Part shown: positions 16,452 to 16,563 of the stretch, piece after piece
Position numbering within the stretch: the first letter of the stretch is position 1
How the letters are laid out: the number at the start of each line of letters is the position of its first letter
From: Fidelibacterota bacterium
GTDB taxonomy: Bacteria > Fidelibacterota > Marinisomatia > Marinisomatales > S15-B10
Direction of reading: 5' to 3'
Assembly (NCBI GenBank): GCA_002729175.1
Contig: PBTS01000078.1
Location: 1-16,563, forward strand
DNA: 16,563 nucleotides
Translations under genes and position numbers: made by a program
The notes under the pieces: generated by a model
Database searches by the model: none
What the model was told of the DNA's origin: nothing
Seen by the model: the letters and a program-made list of their open reading frames with translations, nothing else

Positions 16452-16563
16452 TTAGACGAATATAGCTTCTTTATATTTGTCGAATAATTCCAGCGTGATG
16501 ATTCCCATATTGTCGTCAGACGCTTTCGCTTCAATGGTGTCAATAATACGCTTTTGTACCTGC
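16452..16563 (-). CDS. 3' end of an unidentified convergent gene, truncated by the window edge
   Basis: Open frame from 16562: QVQKRIIDTIEAKASDDNMGIITLELFDKYKEAIFV*, stop TAA at 16454-16452. Only 36 codons are visible. Confidence 0.5.
   Translation of the reverse strand, partial: QVQKRIIDTIEAKASDDNMGIITLELFDKYKEAIFV

Noticed and set aside
16412..16452. TAAAAAAA-GTGCA-TTTTTTTA and AACCG-GA-CGGTT inverted repeats as a bidirectional terminator
   Set aside because: The location between convergent genes fits, but the stems are all A/T or too short for a credible intrinsic terminator.
1..16563. CRISPR arrays, tRNA/rRNA, IS elements, defence or phage genes
   Set aside because: I saw no periodic direct repeats, structured RNA signatures, or transposase/integrase motifs. 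The only long repeats are the diverged gene duplications.

Overview
AT-rich window from a Gram-negative bacterium (outer-membrane beta-barrel-like proteins and a periplasmic c-type cytochrome; a marine proteobacterium is a guess). It is a dense accessory-metabolism region with no RNA genes, CRISPR array or mobile element that I can see. From left to right it holds: the 3' end of a methylmalonyl-CoA epimerase; an orphan FabD-like acyltransferase followed by two tandem DUF5916-like outer-membrane proteins; an unknown membrane protein; two tandem Rieske non-heme iron oxygenases; a 4-hydroxybutyryl-CoA dehydratase (AbfD/Hcd); and, divergent from it, a tight six-gene operon (nitrilase-fold protein, MFS transporter, alpha/beta-fold protein, cytochrome b561-like protein, cytochrome c, DUF1838-like protein). 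Two things stand out. First, three proteins of the six-gene operon have altered catalytic or cofactor sites (no catalytic Cys; GHHTG in place of GxSxG; loss of one heme-ligand pair), which points to an uncharacterised uptake-plus-redox pathway. Second, FNR-type boxes at the class II position (-41.5) precede only one member of each tandem paralog pair. Family calls are from motif recognition, not database searches.
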